A DNA stretch of 64,000 nucleotides from an uncultured delta proteobacterium (GCA_963810935.1 CAWEPK010000017.1:96001-160000); one strand, 5' to 3'; shown: positions 32,049-43,157, numbered from the stretch's first letter. Notes: generated by a model from the sequence alone, not told the origin. Numbers and translations are program-made.

Positions 32049-32805
32049 CTTCGGATCGATTGACCCCTACGTCGGCATTATGAAAGGGGTAATGCTGACC
32101 GTTTACCCACAAGCCGTTATCGTCGATATCACCCATGAAGTGGGACCGCAGGACGTAGAGGAGGCCGCCTTCCTCGTCGCCGAATATTACCGACGCTTCC
32201 CGGAAGGGACCGTCCACCTGTGCGTCGTTGACCCGACCGTAGGGAGCAGCCGCAGGGCCATGGTCGCGGTGATTGACGGCTACCTTTTCGTGGGGCCCGA
32301 CAACGGCCTTTTCAGCCTGCTTTATGCGAAGGGAGAGACGCGGACGTACGAGATAGCACAGGGCGGCGGGGACGTGAGCGGCACATTCCACGGCAGGGAC
32401 ATTTTCGCCCCCGCTGCGGCACGGCTGGCGGCCGGCGAGCACCCTGCCGGGCTTGGCCCCGAATTCGCAAGGCCTGTAACGTTAGACGGCCTTTTCCCTG
32501 TCGTAGAAGGCGACGTGATGCAGGGGAAAATCGTCCGGTTCGACCGCTTCGGCAACGCGATCTCGAACGTCGCCCACGACCTTTTCGGTAAATTCACGGC
32601 AGGCAGGCCGTTTACTGTCACGCTTGGCCGCCTCTCTTTTTCCTCCTTGAGCCGGAGCTACTACGAGGCTACCCATACGTGCCTCGTCGGCAGCGCGGGT
32701 TACCTCGAATTCGGCTTATTTCTGGGGAACCTTGCACAGGAGCAGGGCTTGCAAAAGGGCGAGAAGGTGGAGGTAAGGCGCGGCCCTTTCAGCCGGACAG
32801 GATAG
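32023..32805 (+). CDS. SAM hydroxide adenosyltransferase / DUF62 (chlorinase-fluorinase family)
   Basis: TLLTDFG..DPYVG.MKGV, VVDP.VGS.R, GPDNG, TFHGRDIFAP, D.FGN. Confidence 0.92.
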   Translation: MRIVTLLTDFGSIDPYVGIMKGVMLTVYPQAVIVDITHEVGPQDVEEAAFLVAEYYRRFPEGTVHLCVVDPTVGSSRRAMVAVIDGYLFVGPDNGLFSLLYAKGETRTYEIAQGGGDVSGTFHGRDIFAPAAARLAAGEHPAGLGPEFARPVTLDGLFPVVEGDVMQGKIVRFDRFGNAISNVAHDLFGKFTAGRPFTVTLGRLSFSSLSRSYYEATHTCLVGSAGYLEFGLFLGNLAQEQGLQKGEKVEVRRGPFSRTG

Positions 32806-32809
32806 TATT

Positions 32810-33010
32810 CTAGCTGATGAGATCCAGCGCCTTCTTGAGTGCCGCGCCCGCTCTCTCGACGTGGTCTCCTGCTTCCGCAATGAGGCGTGCGGCTTCTTCC
32901 GTCCCGCTCGAGCCGGCAAGCTCGACCCATCGCTTGTAATCTTCTGCGTGCCCCTCGTTGTGCTCGATGAGGTGCTTCAACACGATCCGCAGCCGTTCTT
33001 TGTCTTCCAT
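32810..33010 (-). CDS. Small hypothetical protein with HxxEHNxxH motif
   Basis: 66 aa, AAGGAGAAGGA RBS; helical, putative metal-binding His cluster. Confidence 0.75.
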   Translation of the reverse strand: MEDKERLRIVLKHLIEHNEGHAEDYKRWVELAGSSGTEEAARLIAEAGDHVERAGAALKKALDLIS

Positions 33011-33063
33011 TGTCCTTCTCCTTAATACACTAACAGGGCCGAATCGGCCCTTCGCGACCTTTC

Positions 33064-34125
33064 TTACAACGTTACCGGGTATCTCCAGCCGAACGGGTCG
33101 GGCATGTCTCCGTACTGGATGCCCGTTATCTCGTCGTAGAGCCTTTGCGAGAACGGCCCGATGCGGCCTTCGTTGACGGTTATCGTCTCTTCCTCGTGGC
33201 GTATCCAGCCGACGGGCGATATGACGGCGGCCGTGCCGGTCCCGAAGACCTCCTGGAGGCTGCCGTCCTTCGACCTCTCCATCACCTCGTCTATCGTGAT
33301 CTTCCTCTCCCTGACCGGGATGCCCCTGTGGGCGGCAAGCTCAAGGACCGTATACCGCGTTACGCCCGGCAGTATGGAGCCGTCCAGCGGCGGGGTGACA
33401 AGCTCGTTGTTTATCACGAACATGATGTTCATCGTGCCCACTTCTTCGATGTAACGCTTCTCGACCGCGTCCAGCCATAGGACCTGCGTGAACCCTTCCG
33501 CCTGGGCCTTCTCCGCGGGAAGGAGGGAGGCTGCGTAGTTCGCGGGTGTCTTGACCTCTCCGAGGCCGCCCCTCACGGCCCTTACGTAAGGCCCCGACGT
33601 GACGAGCTTCACAGGGTTCAAGCCTTCCGGGTAGTAGGCGCCGACTGGCGACGTGATGACCATGAACGTGTACGTTGCTGCTGCGTGCACGCCGAGGAAA
33701 TTATCAGCGGCGAAAATAAAGGGCCGGATGTAAAGGGAAGAGCCGAGCTTCCTCGGTATCCACTCGCTGTCGAGCCTGCAAAGCCCCACCACCGCGTCGA
33801 AGAACATGTCGTGGGTCAGCAACGGGATGCACAGGCGCGCGGCCGAGTTGTTGAACCGCTCCTGGTGCCTGTCCGGCCGGAAGATGAAAGCAGCGCCGTC
33901 CTTCGAGCGGAACGCCTTAAGCCCCTCGAAGATCGCCTGGCCGTAATGGAGGGAGCAGAGGCTTGGCTCGATCTCGATCTTGCCGTAGGGTACTATCCTG
34001 GGCGAAGTCCAGGCCCCTCCCTTGTAGTGCGCTACGAACATGTGGTCGGAAAATATCTTCCCGAACTCCAGGTTATCGAAATCGACGCCACCCAGCCTGC
34101 TCTCAGACGACCGCACGATCTCCAT
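33064..34125 (-). CDS. ilvE: Branched-chain amino acid aminotransferase
   Basis: FGK.FSDHMF, LHYGQ.IFEGLKA, LYIRPF, K...NYAASL, EEVGTMN, ILPGVTR, GTAAVISPVG. Confidence 0.96.
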   Translation of the reverse strand: MEIVRSSESRLGGVDFDNLEFGKIFSDHMFVAHYKGGAWTSPRIVPYGKIEIEPSLCSLHYGQAIFEGLKAFRSKDGAAFIFRPDRHQERFNNSAARLCIPLLTHDMFFDAVVGLCRLDSEWIPRKLGSSLYIRPFIFAADNFLGVHAAATYTFMVITSPVGAYYPEGLNPVKLVTSGPYVRAVRGGLGEVKTPANYAASLLPAEKAQAEGFTQVLWLDAVEKRYIEEVGTMNIMFVINNELVTPPLDGSILPGVTRYTVLELAAHRGIPVRERKITIDEVMERSKDGSLQEVFGTGTAAVISPVGWIRHEEETITVNEGRIGPFSQRLYDEITGIQYGDMPDPFGWRYPVTL

Positions 34126-34197
34126 ACGTGCAAACCTCCGCTTTCATTTCACGCAAATCGTTTTCCATAGCTTAAAATAGTTAGGCCCGGTTTGCAA

Positions 34198-34335
34198 CAA
34201 TCATTGGGGTTCAGCACCCCCTCCAGCGGCGAAGCCGCATGGAGCCTCCCCGCTCGGCGCTGCGCATTCGCTTGCTTTATTGCCGCTGGTGCGGCAATCA
34301 TCGGGGTCCTTCGGCGCTTCGCATTCGCTCGCTTT
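34198..34335 (+). repeat. Dispersed ~100-bp repeat family, one full plus one partial unit
   Basis: Near-identical to 19946-20032, continuing into GCCGCTGGTGCGGCAATCATC, the linker seen in the tandem array. Confidence 0.9.
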
Positions 34336-34366
34336 GGATTTGGGGCGCAGCAGCCCCTGGGGCAGA

Positions 34367-34891
34367 TTAGTCTTCTTCCAGGACGAAAATCGCGGGGAGG
34401 TTTCGATAACGCTCTGCGTAATCTATGCCGTATCCTACAATGAAGCCGTCCTCGATGGTGAAACCCACGTAATCGCCTTCTATCTCCGTCTTCCTCCGCG
34501 CCCGCTTGTCTACGAGGGCGCAGATCTTGAGAGAGCGGGGGTTTCTCTCCGCGAGCATGTCGCGGATCACGGTAAGGGTGAGTCCGGAGTCGATGATGTC
34601 CTCGACGATGATGACATTCTTGCCCGTGATGTCCGTTTCCAGGTCCATGGTCAGGCTCACTTCGCCGGACGTGGTCGTAGCCGAGCCGTAGGAAGCGGCC
34701 CGCACGAAATCGACTACGACGTGGCTTTTCATCTCCCGCACGAGGTCCGAGAGGAACATGAAGGACCCCTTGAGGATGCAGACGAAGACCATCTCTTCCG
34801 CGTTGAAGTCCCTTGCGATCTCCCCGGCCAGCTTTTTTACGGCCTTCCGGATGTCGTCTTCGTCGAACAGCTTGCTGAGCTTCTCGGTCAT
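34367..34891 (-). CDS. hpt: Hypoxanthine phosphoribosyltransferase
   Basis: ILKGSFMF, SYG, IVEDIIDSGLTL, FIVGYGIDY.E.YRNLP. Confidence 0.96.
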   Translation of the reverse strand: MTEKLSKLFDEDDIRKAVKKLAGEIARDFNAEEMVFVCILKGSFMFLSDLVREMKSHVVVDFVRAASYGSATTTSGEVSLTMDLETDITGKNVIIVEDIIDSGLTLTVIRDMLAERNPRSLKICALVDKRARRKTEIEGDYVGFTIEDGFIVGYGIDYAERYRNLPAIFVLEED

Positions 34892-34892
34892 G

Positions 34893-35549
34893 TTATTTGG
34901 CGTGCCTTAAAATAACTATCTCGGGCTCTTTCGGCAGGCCCTCCTTCGTTACCTCTATCTCGAAGCCGTCAACCTTCTTCACGCCCTTCTTGCCTTTGAC
35001 GAACAGGTCGACGCCGGTGATGGGGAAATCGACCTTGTCCGTCTTGTAGTGCATGGGGATGGTGATTGCCGGCTTCAGCGCGTCCATGACCTTCGTCGCC
35101 GCGACCGCGTCTATCGTGAAATAGCCGCCCACCGGCATCATGAGCACGTCGGTCCTGCCTATACGCTTAACGAGGTCGTCGCTCAAGGGGTGGCCCAGGT
35201 CACCCAGGTGGACCACCGACAGGCCGTCCGCCTCGATAACGAGCAAAAGGGTCTTGCCCCTTTCCCTCCCCTTCGATTCGTCGTGGAAGGCGGAAACCGC
35301 CCTTATCTTGACGCCGCGTATCTCATAGACGCCTTCGTCGTGGACTTCGCTGTACGGCCCTTCGATCGATGCAGTGTAGTTGTGGTCGGCGTGTCCGTGG
35401 GTGACGAGCACGATGTTTGCGCGGTCTGTGATGGGGCCGTAAGTTATGGCACCGCCGAAGCCGCCGGATTCGTAAGGATCGATGATGATGCCCGTGCCGT
35501 CGGAAGTCGTGATCCTGAACGCTGCGTGGCCGTACCATTTGATCTTCAT
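34893..35549 (-). CDS. MBL-fold metallo-hydrolase
   Basis: WYGHAAF, THGHADH, HLGDLGH, IPMHY. Confidence 0.9.
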   Translation of the reverse strand: MKIKWYGHAAFRITTSDGTGIIIDPYESGGFGGAITYGPITDRANIVLVTHGHADHNYTASIEGPYSEVHDEGVYEIRGVKIRAVSAFHDESKGRERGKTLLLVIEADGLSVVHLGDLGHPLSDDLVKRIGRTDVLMMPVGGYFTIDAVAATKVMDALKPAITIPMHYKTDKVDFPITGVDLFVKGKKGVKKVDGFEIEVTKEGLPKEPEIVILRHAK

Positions 35550-35689
35550 CTCGCCCTCCGATTTTTTACGCTGACCCTTCTATTATAGCGACGGGGCGGA
35601 ATTAGTCAAATGTTTGTTGGAAAAACAAGGCGAAAAGCACACCCCGACCTGCCGGCGGCAGCACGCTCAGGGGCGCCTATCGCCCTATC

Positions 35690-35935
35690 TCACTGCCCGG
35701 CTTTCTTTTCAGGCCGGCAGCCGATGCGTAAATTGCTGCTGAAGACGCCGTCATCTTCGGACAAGGTCGCGTATCCATTAGGGCACAGCTCGTTAGCCTT
35801 GTTGTAGCAAGTCTTCAGCTTGCCGCAGGAAATCCAGTAATCTTTTGCTCCGTCGGGACGTTTGATCTCCTGGAATTTAGTGCTGCAGCCGGCTAAAAGC
35901 ATGACGACAAAAGCCGCGACCATCAACCTTTTCAT
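35690..35935 (-). CDS. Small lipoprotein
   Basis: Lipobox LAGC, four further Cys, GGAGG RBS. Confidence 0.75.
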   Translation of the reverse strand: MKRLMVAAFVVMLLAGCSTKFQEIKRPDGAKDYWISCGKLKTCYNKANELCPNGYATLSEDDGVFSSNLRIGCRPEKKAGQ

Positions 35936-36482
35936 GAGCCCTCCGGGACCGATCTTTTCTGCCCTCTCTTATTAGAGGGCGCAAGTGCGAAATTATGCTG
36001 CAAAAGCGCCTTTATTATTCTCCAATTGGACGGTCGCCGTCAACTGTTAAATAGCTTTTTGCGGCAGGACTCGTGGGCTGTTCGGAATCGTGACCCCTTT
36101 CTGGGCATTCTTACACATCGCTTCTTGCTGGCGAACATCCTATATCTGCATCAAGCTGGGTTCTGGACCTTGCTTCGGTACGCAATTTTCGATCGCAACG
36201 CTTGTAGCAAAAATGATGACGCGCTCGTTTATGAAAAGTGCTACAAAATGTTTGTTGCCTCTGCGACAGACCGGGCAACCGACTTCTGGTAACCTAAAGG
36301 GTATATGTAATAAACCGTTCATAGGGGGGTCGGTAGTGAAGCTCCTTTTGATTTCACTTTCCAATAAGCCGGGAAAAAAGGTACTTTCAACCGAGGAACA
36401 TGACACCCGACAGGACAAAAGAACGGACGGAAGGCAATAACCTCTCGATTGTGGTATATTTGCACGTATAAGGACACGAAAG

Positions 36483-38186
36483 ATGAAGGACAGGAATGGT
36501 TCAAGAGAACAGCTCGTCAACGAAGGGACTGCCCGACGGACTGATGAACCGGTAGCGTTGGAATCTCGCCGGAAACACGCTCAGACCGCAGCGGAAGAAA
36601 CCGCCGCATACGCTCGGGCGATAATCGACACGGTGCGCGAACCCCTTGTGGTTTTGGATAAGCACCTGTTGGTGCTCTCCGCCAGCCGCAGCTTCTACGA
36701 TACGTTCAAGGTAACCCTCGGTGAGACCGTGGGGAAATATATCTACGACCTGGGAAACGGACAGTGGAACATCCCCGGGCTCCGGAAACTGCTTCGGGAC
36801 ATCCTGAAGAATACCAGACTCGACAACTATGCGGTCGACCACGTATTCCCGACCATCGGGCATAAGTTCATGGTGCTCAACGCCCGTCGGATTTACAAGG
36901 AAGACGTCGGCACGAAGATGATTCTCCTCGCCATTGAAGACCTCACAGCATTGAAACAGAGAGATGAAGAGTTGAAAGCTTCTGAAACCCGGTACCGCCG
37001 ACTCTTCGAAACGGCCCAGGACGGAATCCTTATCCTCGACGCAGACACTGGACAGATAGACGACGTCAACCCATTCCTCATGGATATGCTCGGCTACACC
37101 TACGAAGATTTCCAGGGAAAGAGGCTCTGGGAGATAGGCGCCTTCAAGGACACCAGGGCAAACAAGGCGGTGTTTACGAAGCTACAACACAAAGGGTACG
37201 TCCGCTACGAAGACTTGCCGCTCACCACAAAAGACGGGCGGGAGATTGACGTAGAATTTGTCAGCAATGTGTATCCGGTTAACCATCACAAGGTCATTCA
37301 GTGCAATATCCGGGACGTTACAGACAGAAAACTGGCCGAAGAAGAACTCCGGAAGGCGCACGACGAGCTGGAAGGGCGGGTAAAAGAACGTACGGCTCAA
37401 CTGTTTGAATCGAACATGTTGCTCAGGCAGGAAATCGCTGAACGTAAGATCGTTGAAACAGAACTGAAGGAGTCCCGGGAACGGCTGCGCCGCCTCAGCA
37501 TCCATTCGCGGAAGGTGAGAGAGGAGGAAAGGACATCTATCTCACGCCAACTCCATGATGAATTGGGGCAGGTCTTAACGGGCATAAAAATGGATGTCGC
37601 ATGGATAGGGAGAAGAACGCCGCAAGACCGTACCATAATCCCTGAAAGAGTGAATTCGTTGCTCGCGCTTATCGATGACGCCATCGTTTCCGTACAGAGA
37701 ATCTCGATGGCGTTGAGACCGCCCGCTCTGGACGATTTTGGCCTGCAGGAAGCGATGAAACTGGCGGCGGAAGACTTTCAAAAGAGGACAAAGGTTGCTT
37801 GCGAGATTATTTCAAAGCCACAGGATATAGACCTCAAGGGGAACATTTCCACCGAGGCCTTCCGCATCTTTCAGGAAGCGCTTACCAACATCGCCCGCCA
37901 TGCAGGCGCGCACAGAGTCGTCGTATCCCTGCGGACCGTGGGAGATGCATTTATTATGGAAGTGAAGGATGATGGGAGGGGCATTACGAAAACACAGATA
38001 TCCGATCTGAAGTCTATCGGATTAACGGGCATGCGGGAACGAGCATTTGCTATGGGGGGAACCCTGACCGTTGCCGGCGCGCGGGGAAAAGGGACGACAG
38101 TCGCCCTGAGCGTTCCGCTCGGTGAAGGGAAAGAAGGGCCTCGCATAATAAAGCGTTGCAGGAAACAACGGTCCGAGGAGGGATGA
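36483..38186 (+). CDS. PAS-PAS sensor histidine kinase (HisKA_3/NarX type)
   Basis: Two PAS domains, [47 protein letters not shown]. Confidence 0.93.
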   Translation: MKDRNGSREQLVNEGTARRTDEPVALESRRKHAQTAAEETAAYARAIIDTVREPLVVLDKHLLVLSASRSFYDTFKVTLGETVGKYIYDLGNGQWNIPGLRKLLRDILKNTRLDNYAVDHVFPTIGHKFMVLNARRIYKEDVGTKMILLAIEDLTALKQRDEELKASETRYRRLFETAQDGILILDADTGQIDDVNPFLMDMLGYTYEDFQGKRLWEIGAFKDTRANKAVFTKLQHKGYVRYEDLPLTTKDGREIDVEFVSNVYPVNHHKVIQCNIRDVTDRKLAEEELRKAHDELEGRVKERTAQLFESNMLLRQEIAERKIVETELKESRERLRRLSIHSRKVREEERTSISRQLHDELGQVLTGIKMDVAWIGRRTPQDRTIIPERVNSLLALIDDAIVSVQRISMALRPPALDDFGLQEAMKLAAEDFQKRTKVACEIISKPQDIDLKGNISTEAFRIFQEALTNIARHAGAHRVVVSLRTVGDAFIMEVKDDGRGITKTQISDLKSIGLTGMRERAFAMGGTLTVAGARGKGTTVALSVPLGEGKEGPRIIKRCRKQRSEEG

Positions 38187-38818
38187 TGCTCCGCATCGTT
38201 ATTGCCGATGACCACCCGGTCGTGCTCAAAGGCCTGAAAGAGATTCTTTCGGATAGTTTCGATGAAGTGATAATCGATGAAACCACCACGGGTCATGAGC
38301 TCATGAGCAATGTCCGGAAAAACCAGTACGATCTGGTCCTTCTCGATATCTCACTTCCTGACATAAACGGTCTGGAAGTCCTTAAGGAGATTAAGAAAAA
38401 CAACCCGAAGCTCCCCGTCCTTATCATAAGCATGTACCCCGAAGAGCAATACGCACCCCGTGCCATAAAGGCCGGGGCGCAGGGTTATGTCACAAAAAAA
38501 AGTGCATCGAATGAACTAGTGCTGGCGGTACGCAAAATTTTGTCCGGCAAGAGGTATATCAGCCCGGCGTTCGCCGACAAAATGATGTTTGATTTCGAGT
38601 CGAATGCCGACAGACCTCCACATGAGCGACTCTCCGATCGGGAGCTTCAAGTGCTCTGTATGATCGGCGGCGGAAAGGCAGTAAATCACATCGCGGAAGA
38701 GCTCCATTTGAGCGCAAACACGGTGAGAACGTACCGGGCCCGCATCCTGGAAAAGATCGGGGTTAATGGAACTAGCGAATTGATTCACTACGCCATCACG
38801 CACAGCCTGACAGAATAG
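38183..38818 (+). CDS. NarL/FixJ-family response regulator
   Basis: [40 protein letters not shown] at 38183 overlaps the kinase stop. Confidence 0.94.
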   Translation: MMLRIVIADDHPVVLKGLKEILSDSFDEVIIDETTTGHELMSNVRKNQYDLVLLDISLPDINGLEVLKEIKKNNPKLPVLIISMYPEEQYAPRAIKAGAQGYVTKKSASNELVLAVRKILSGKRYISPAFADKMMFDFESNADRPPHERLSDRELQVLCMIGGGKAVNHIAEELHLSANTVRTYRARILEKIGVNGTSELIHYAITHSLTE

Positions 38819-39053
38819 CCCTTTCAGCAAAACAATTGCGCATGCCGTGCGCGGCCCGGCAACCTTAAATCCGGAAAAACCGTATGCTGGGCCGGCCCCA
38901 CTGGTTTCAACCCCCGTAGTAAAAACAATGACACGGCCGCGCGCGTGACAACGGCAAAATAATTCCCGGTTTTGCGACAGACGCGAGTCCGCGCTTGTCG
39001 TATCTTATTGCAGACGTTTTTCAATACACTCTTACAAAAAGGAGGAATCACAA

Positions 39054-39128
39054 ATGGGATTCGTGATTGGAATCTTAGTTATCGCTGCTCTGGTTCTTGT
39101 CGTAATCTTTTTAGCGCACCGTGCGTGA
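39054..39128 (+). CDS. 24-aa single-TM small protein
   Basis: AAAGGAGGA RBS; MGFVIGILVIAALVLVVIFLAHRA. Confidence 0.65.
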   Translation: MGFVIGILVIAALVLVVIFLAHRA

Positions 39129-39304
39129 GTTCCTGCAACGCACTTCTGTCTCTATCGGCCATGCGGGGGGACCCCTGGAGCGTGACAGCGCTTGCCGTTA
39201 GCGTCTGTTCGCTGTCACGCTCCAGGGGCCCAAGGCTACGGTGTTTTGTACTACACGGCAAATTCTCGTCCTTCGCGTTCAAAATAGGGGCACGGCGATA
39301 ATTC

Positions 39305-39985
39305 ATGCAGCTCGAAATCCGGAATCTGACAAAGCTCTACGATCACAAAAGGGGTCTTCTGCCGACCAGCTTTGAAGTAACAAAAGGCGAGCTGATGGCT
39401 GTTGTCGGTCACAATGGCGCCGGTAAATCCACTCTTCTAAAAATGCTGGCAAACTGGATTCTTCCGGACGGCGGTCAAGTCACGATAGAAGGAATCGATC
39501 TGAGCAACAGGACCGCCGTTGTGAGGAAAATTGGTTTTGTTCCGGAAGTCCCCAACCTTTTTGACTTCTTTTCAGTTGGATACAATCTCAAACTGTTTGC
39601 CGTTCTCTTTCAAATACCCTTTCCGCGGGTGGATGAGGTGTTGAGAGAGTTCAATCTGATTCCCTTTCGAAAAAGCAAAATACAGGCGTTGTCAAAAGGC
39701 CTAAAGCAAAGGGTGAGTATCGGGCGCGCCCTGCTGGCGGATCCTCCCATTCTCCTTTTTGACGAGCCAACATCGGGTCTCGACTTCGAGATGACGAAAG
39801 AAATATACCGGCTGTTGAACAAAATGCATGACGCAGGGAAAACGATCCTCTTTACTTCCCACCGGCCCGAAGAGATAAAGAGCCTGGCAACGCGCATCAT
39901 GGTGCTGCACGAAGGCCGTTTGGCCTTCGACGGATCTCCTCAGAGATATTTCCAATCCGAGACTCACGAAAGCCTCTACGCATGA
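39305..39985 (+). CDS. ABC transporter ATP-binding protein
   Basis: GHNGAGKST, LSKGLKQR, LLFDEPTSGLD, TSH. Confidence 0.93.
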   Translation: MQLEIRNLTKLYDHKRGLLPTSFEVTKGELMAVVGHNGAGKSTLLKMLANWILPDGGQVTIEGIDLSNRTAVVRKIGFVPEVPNLFDFFSVGYNLKLFAVLFQIPFPRVDEVLREFNLIPFRKSKIQALSKGLKQRVSIGRALLADPPILLFDEPTSGLDFEMTKEIYRLLNKMHDAGKTILFTSHRPEEIKSLATRIMVLHEGRLAFDGSPQRYFQSETHESLYA

Positions 39986-41013
39986 TGATGAGAAATATCC
40001 TTGTACTCGCATTCAATGATTTTGCCGTCGCATTAAAGAATAAAACAATTTATCTCATCCTTTTCATTCCTTTCTTCGTCTTCATTTCCTTAAAATTGAT
40101 AGATCGGCCCGACGCAGACGTCACCAAAATCAAAATCGGCCTCATTCAAAAATATGCCTACGCGCCTCAATTCAGCCGAAGCGTCAAGGCGGCCGAAAAG
40201 ATCATTGAAGTTACGTGGGTTCGAAACGAAGAGGAAGGCAAGCGCCTTTTGAAAGAAAAGAAACTAGACGGGGTGTTGGTAAGAAATGAAAGAGAACCCG
40301 ATAGTCTTGCACTCCTGGTGTCAAAAAAGGAATCTCCTCATACTCTTGCCATCGTGGAATGTTTTTCAGCTTTGCAGAAAGCGGCGGAAGGAGGCAGCAT
40401 AAGCTGGATTACCGACGTTAAACCGCTTTACGAAGGCGGCATTCAAAGACAGACTTTACCGACGTGGATTTTGATGCTCGCCCTCCTCGTGGGTTTCATT
40501 ATTCTTCCAGCGCAAGTCGCCGAAGAAAAGGAAAAGAAACTGCTCCTGGCGCTTCTCCTGACGCCCATACGTGAGATCCAATGGCTGATTGCCAAACTCA
40601 TCATCGGCATGGTCCTTATAATCATAGCCGTGTTATTTCTCCATTTATTGGGTAGATTCAGCGTGGCAAATCTTTTCAGCTATGCCTCATTCATTGTCGT
40701 AGGGAGTTTTTGTTTCAGCGCCTGCGGGATTTTTCTGGGTTTTCTCTGCCGCAATCAGGCGAGCGCCAGGGCCCTGGGCCTTGTCTTCTATTTGCCGCTT
40801 CTTCTTCCCTCGGCGCTGTCAGATTTTTCGAAAAAACTGACGATCGTCGCGCCCTTCATGCCATCCTACGAATTTTACGAGCCCCTTAAATCCCTTCTGA
40901 TAGAAGAGGGGAGAATAGGGAATATGGTTTTTGATTGGATTTACTTGTTGCTCGTCGGAGCACTTATGCTTTACTTGTCATATCTATTGATGAAAAGACG
41001 CTGGTTAATGTGA
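39982..41013 (+). CDS. ABC-2 type permease
   Basis: N-terminal TM, extracytoplasmic loop, EEKEK..L..LL.TP motif, further TM helices. Confidence 0.88.
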   Translation: MMMRNILVLAFNDFAVALKNKTIYLILFIPFFVFISLKLIDRPDADVTKIKIGLIQKYAYAPQFSRSVKAAEKIIEVTWVRNEEEGKRLLKEKKLDGVLVRNEREPDSLALLVSKKESPHTLAIVECFSALQKAAEGGSISWITDVKPLYEGGIQRQTLPTWILMLALLVGFIILPAQVAEEKEKKLLLALLLTPIREIQWLIAKLIIGMVLIIIAVLFLHLLGRFSVANLFSYASFIVVGSFCFSACGIFLGFLCRNQASARALGLVFYLPLLLPSALSDFSKKLTIVAPFMPSYEFYEPLKSLLIEEGRIGNMVFDWIYLLLVGALMLYLSYLLMKRRWLM

Positions 41014-41131
41014 TCTTGCCGGCCGAACGTTAAATCCGCGGTGTTGTTTCTCCTTCTTGTCTATCAACGAGGTAGTATTGAAACAAAAGGTGAATTCGTT
41101 TACTTCAAGCCATCTGTGCTTTGTGGGGCTT

Positions 41132-41935
41132 CTATAGGCAGAGGCACTGCCTGTACCCACCCTTTTCAATAAGCTTAATGGCTTCTGCATAGTCTCTTTG
41201 AAGGGCATTCCCGGCATGAGATTTGCCGCCTTCCTTCGGAAAGACATCGCCGAGGATCTCTGCGATGGCGCTATAGGGCAACTTCTCGGCTTTATGCAGG
41301 TCATAGACAATGATATAGCGCTTCCATTTGTCTGTCCTCATCCTTGATCGGTAGCGCCTGACGTTATGTTCGTCGAGCAGCCTGGATATCCGTTCAATTA
41401 TCGTTTTCTTCAGTGCCGTCCTTGATACCCCGAAGTAGAGTGTATCGGCAACATTCGTCGGCGTCAACGCCCCCAGCACCCAGAACTCTGACGGGTCTAC
41501 GCTCGGCAGCAGACTCCATGCCTCCTTCTTATCGGCAATTTCCAGTTGTTCATCTACGTAAGCACCGGAAAGAAAGTTTACCGGATCGAAATTCACCGGG
41601 GGCAGTTTGGGGTCGAGCTTCTCGTAAACTGTGTCCGGAAGAGGGATAATGGCTGCTCGCCTCGGCTCAAATCTCAAGGGGGCTATTAGATAATCACCTT
41701 TTTCATGACTCCACTGCCCCGGGTCGATGAAAGTAATGTGGACCCCGAGTCCCTTGATTTCGTCGACTATGCCTTTCCGGGCAATACTATCCTTTGTTTC
41801 AGCAAGTATCTTTATTTTCTCCCGATAGGCAGGGCTCCTTCTTATAACCTCCCACAGCCACCCCTCCGGAGGCATCTTGTCCATGTACTCATACTTCTTC
41901 CTGATCTCCCCTGCCATTTCATCAACCTTTTCCAT
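41132..41935 (-). CDS. DUF6499/DUF2285-like (FseA-like) putative transcriptional regulator
   Basis: N-terminal Y.Y......GWLWEVIRRSPAYR; C-terminal VYDL......YSAIAEIL...A.KLIEKGGYR. Confidence 0.6.
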   Translation of the reverse strand: MEKVDEMAGEIRKKYEYMDKMPPEGWLWEVIRRSPAYREKIKILAETKDSIARKGIVDEIKGLGVHITFIDPGQWSHEKGDYLIAPLRFEPRRAAIIPLPDTVYEKLDPKLPPVNFDPVNFLSGAYVDEQLEIADKKEAWSLLPSVDPSEFWVLGALTPTNVADTLYFGVSRTALKKTIIERISRLLDEHNVRRYRSRMRTDKWKRYIIVYDLHKAEKLPYSAIAEILGDVFPKEGGKSHAGNALQRDYAEAIKLIEKGGYRQCLCL

Positions 41936-42277
41936 CTTCGTTCACCATATTAAGCTCGATGCGGCAGACAGACAATTGGGCATTCAGTGACACCAACCGA
42001 TTACGTGCAATCGTTAATCATACCGCTTTTAGTGTAATACATCGCTGCATAAAAGACATTTCATTCCGGCGATCGGGGAAGAAATGTTGTGTTGCGGCAT
42101 CAGATGCAACTCGGATAGCGATAATGATGACATCAAAATTGTCGGTTGTGCGACATACAAGGAACATGCAGCCTGATAAACTTCATAGGTACCATAAATG
42201 GGTGGAGAGAACGAACGCTCCCATTAAGCTCCCCTACGTGCTGGGACGCAGAAATTAACCTTATAAGGAGACAGATC

Positions 42278-42757
42278 ATGAAACGAATTGCCCGTCAGTT
42301 CACTTATCCGGCTGCACTCACTGTCGCGGTGGCGCTCCTCGCGCTTATCGTTCTCGCAACTGCAAGCCCAACGTGGGCGGCCTCGCCCGAGCCGGGCATG
42401 GCGACCGCCGGTTCCGCCTCAAAGGCCGACCGCGTCGAGGCGCGCATCAAAGAGCTTCATACCAAGCTCAATATCACCCCGGCACAGGAAGGGCCATGGA
42501 ACAACGTCGTCCAGGTGATGAGGGACAATGCGAAAACTATGGAGGCGCTCATCAAGGGAAGGACGGAAAAAGCAGGTACCATGACCGCCATCGACGACCT
42601 CAAATCATACAGCGCAATTGCCGAGGCGCATGCGGATGGCCTCAAGAAATTCATCCCGGCCTTCGAGCCGCTCTATGCCGGCATGTCGGACGCTCAGAAG
42701 AAGAGCGCCGATAAGTTATTCCGCCAGCACGCCCGCATGAAGGCAAAGGGCAAATGA
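42278..42757 (+). CDS. Spy/CpxP (LTXXQ) family periplasmic protein
   Basis: ATG at 42278 after AAGGAG; signal peptide; LH.KL.ITPAQE..W, LY..MSD.QKK.AD. Confidence 0.85.
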   Translation: MKRIARQFTYPAALTVAVALLALIVLATASPTWAASPEPGMATAGSASKADRVEARIKELHTKLNITPAQEGPWNNVVQVMRDNAKTMEALIKGRTEKAGTMTAIDDLKSYSAIAEAHADGLKKFIPAFEPLYAGMSDAQKKSADKLFRQHARMKAKGK

Positions 42758-42831
42758 TCCCAACCGCCATGACGTCAAGACAGTAAACCCTATTTTGCGA
42801 TAGGGAATAACTCCAACAATGGAAGGTCATT

Positions 42832-43155
42832 ATGAGAACCTCGAATACGCAAGCCAGCAAGTTTAAGTCGATAGTCGCCAAGGTCGTGATGGCGCTCGTC
42901 TTCGCCTCAATGATCGGCGGTATATCCATCGCGCCGGCGTTTGCCAGAGATAACGCCAGGGGTGGTGGAGGGCATGCCGGGTATCACGGGCGCGGCGGGT
43001 ATGGAGGAGCCCATGGCTATTACCGTGGTGGTGGATATTACCCCTATGGCGGCTACTACGCGCCACCTGTCTATGCGCCGCCACCGGTCGTCTATGCCCC
43101 GGCCCCGTATATGTCGCCGGGCATCAGCCTCGTACTTCCCATCCACATTCGATAG
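42832..43155 (+). CDS. Exported Gly/Tyr/Pro-rich protein
   Basis: Signal peptide then GGYGG and YAPPPVVYAP low-complexity segments. Confidence 0.75.
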   Translation: MRTSNTQASKFKSIVAKVVMALVFASMIGGISIAPAFARDNARGGGGHAGYHGRGGYGGAHGYYRGGGYYPYGGYYAPPVYAPPPVVYAPAPYMSPGISLVLPIHIR

Positions 43156-43157
43156 GG

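Noticed and set aside
36026..36520. Short ORFs upstream of the PAS kinase
   Set aside because: Overlapping frames on both strands, none with an RBS or recognisable motifs; treated as non-coding or debris.
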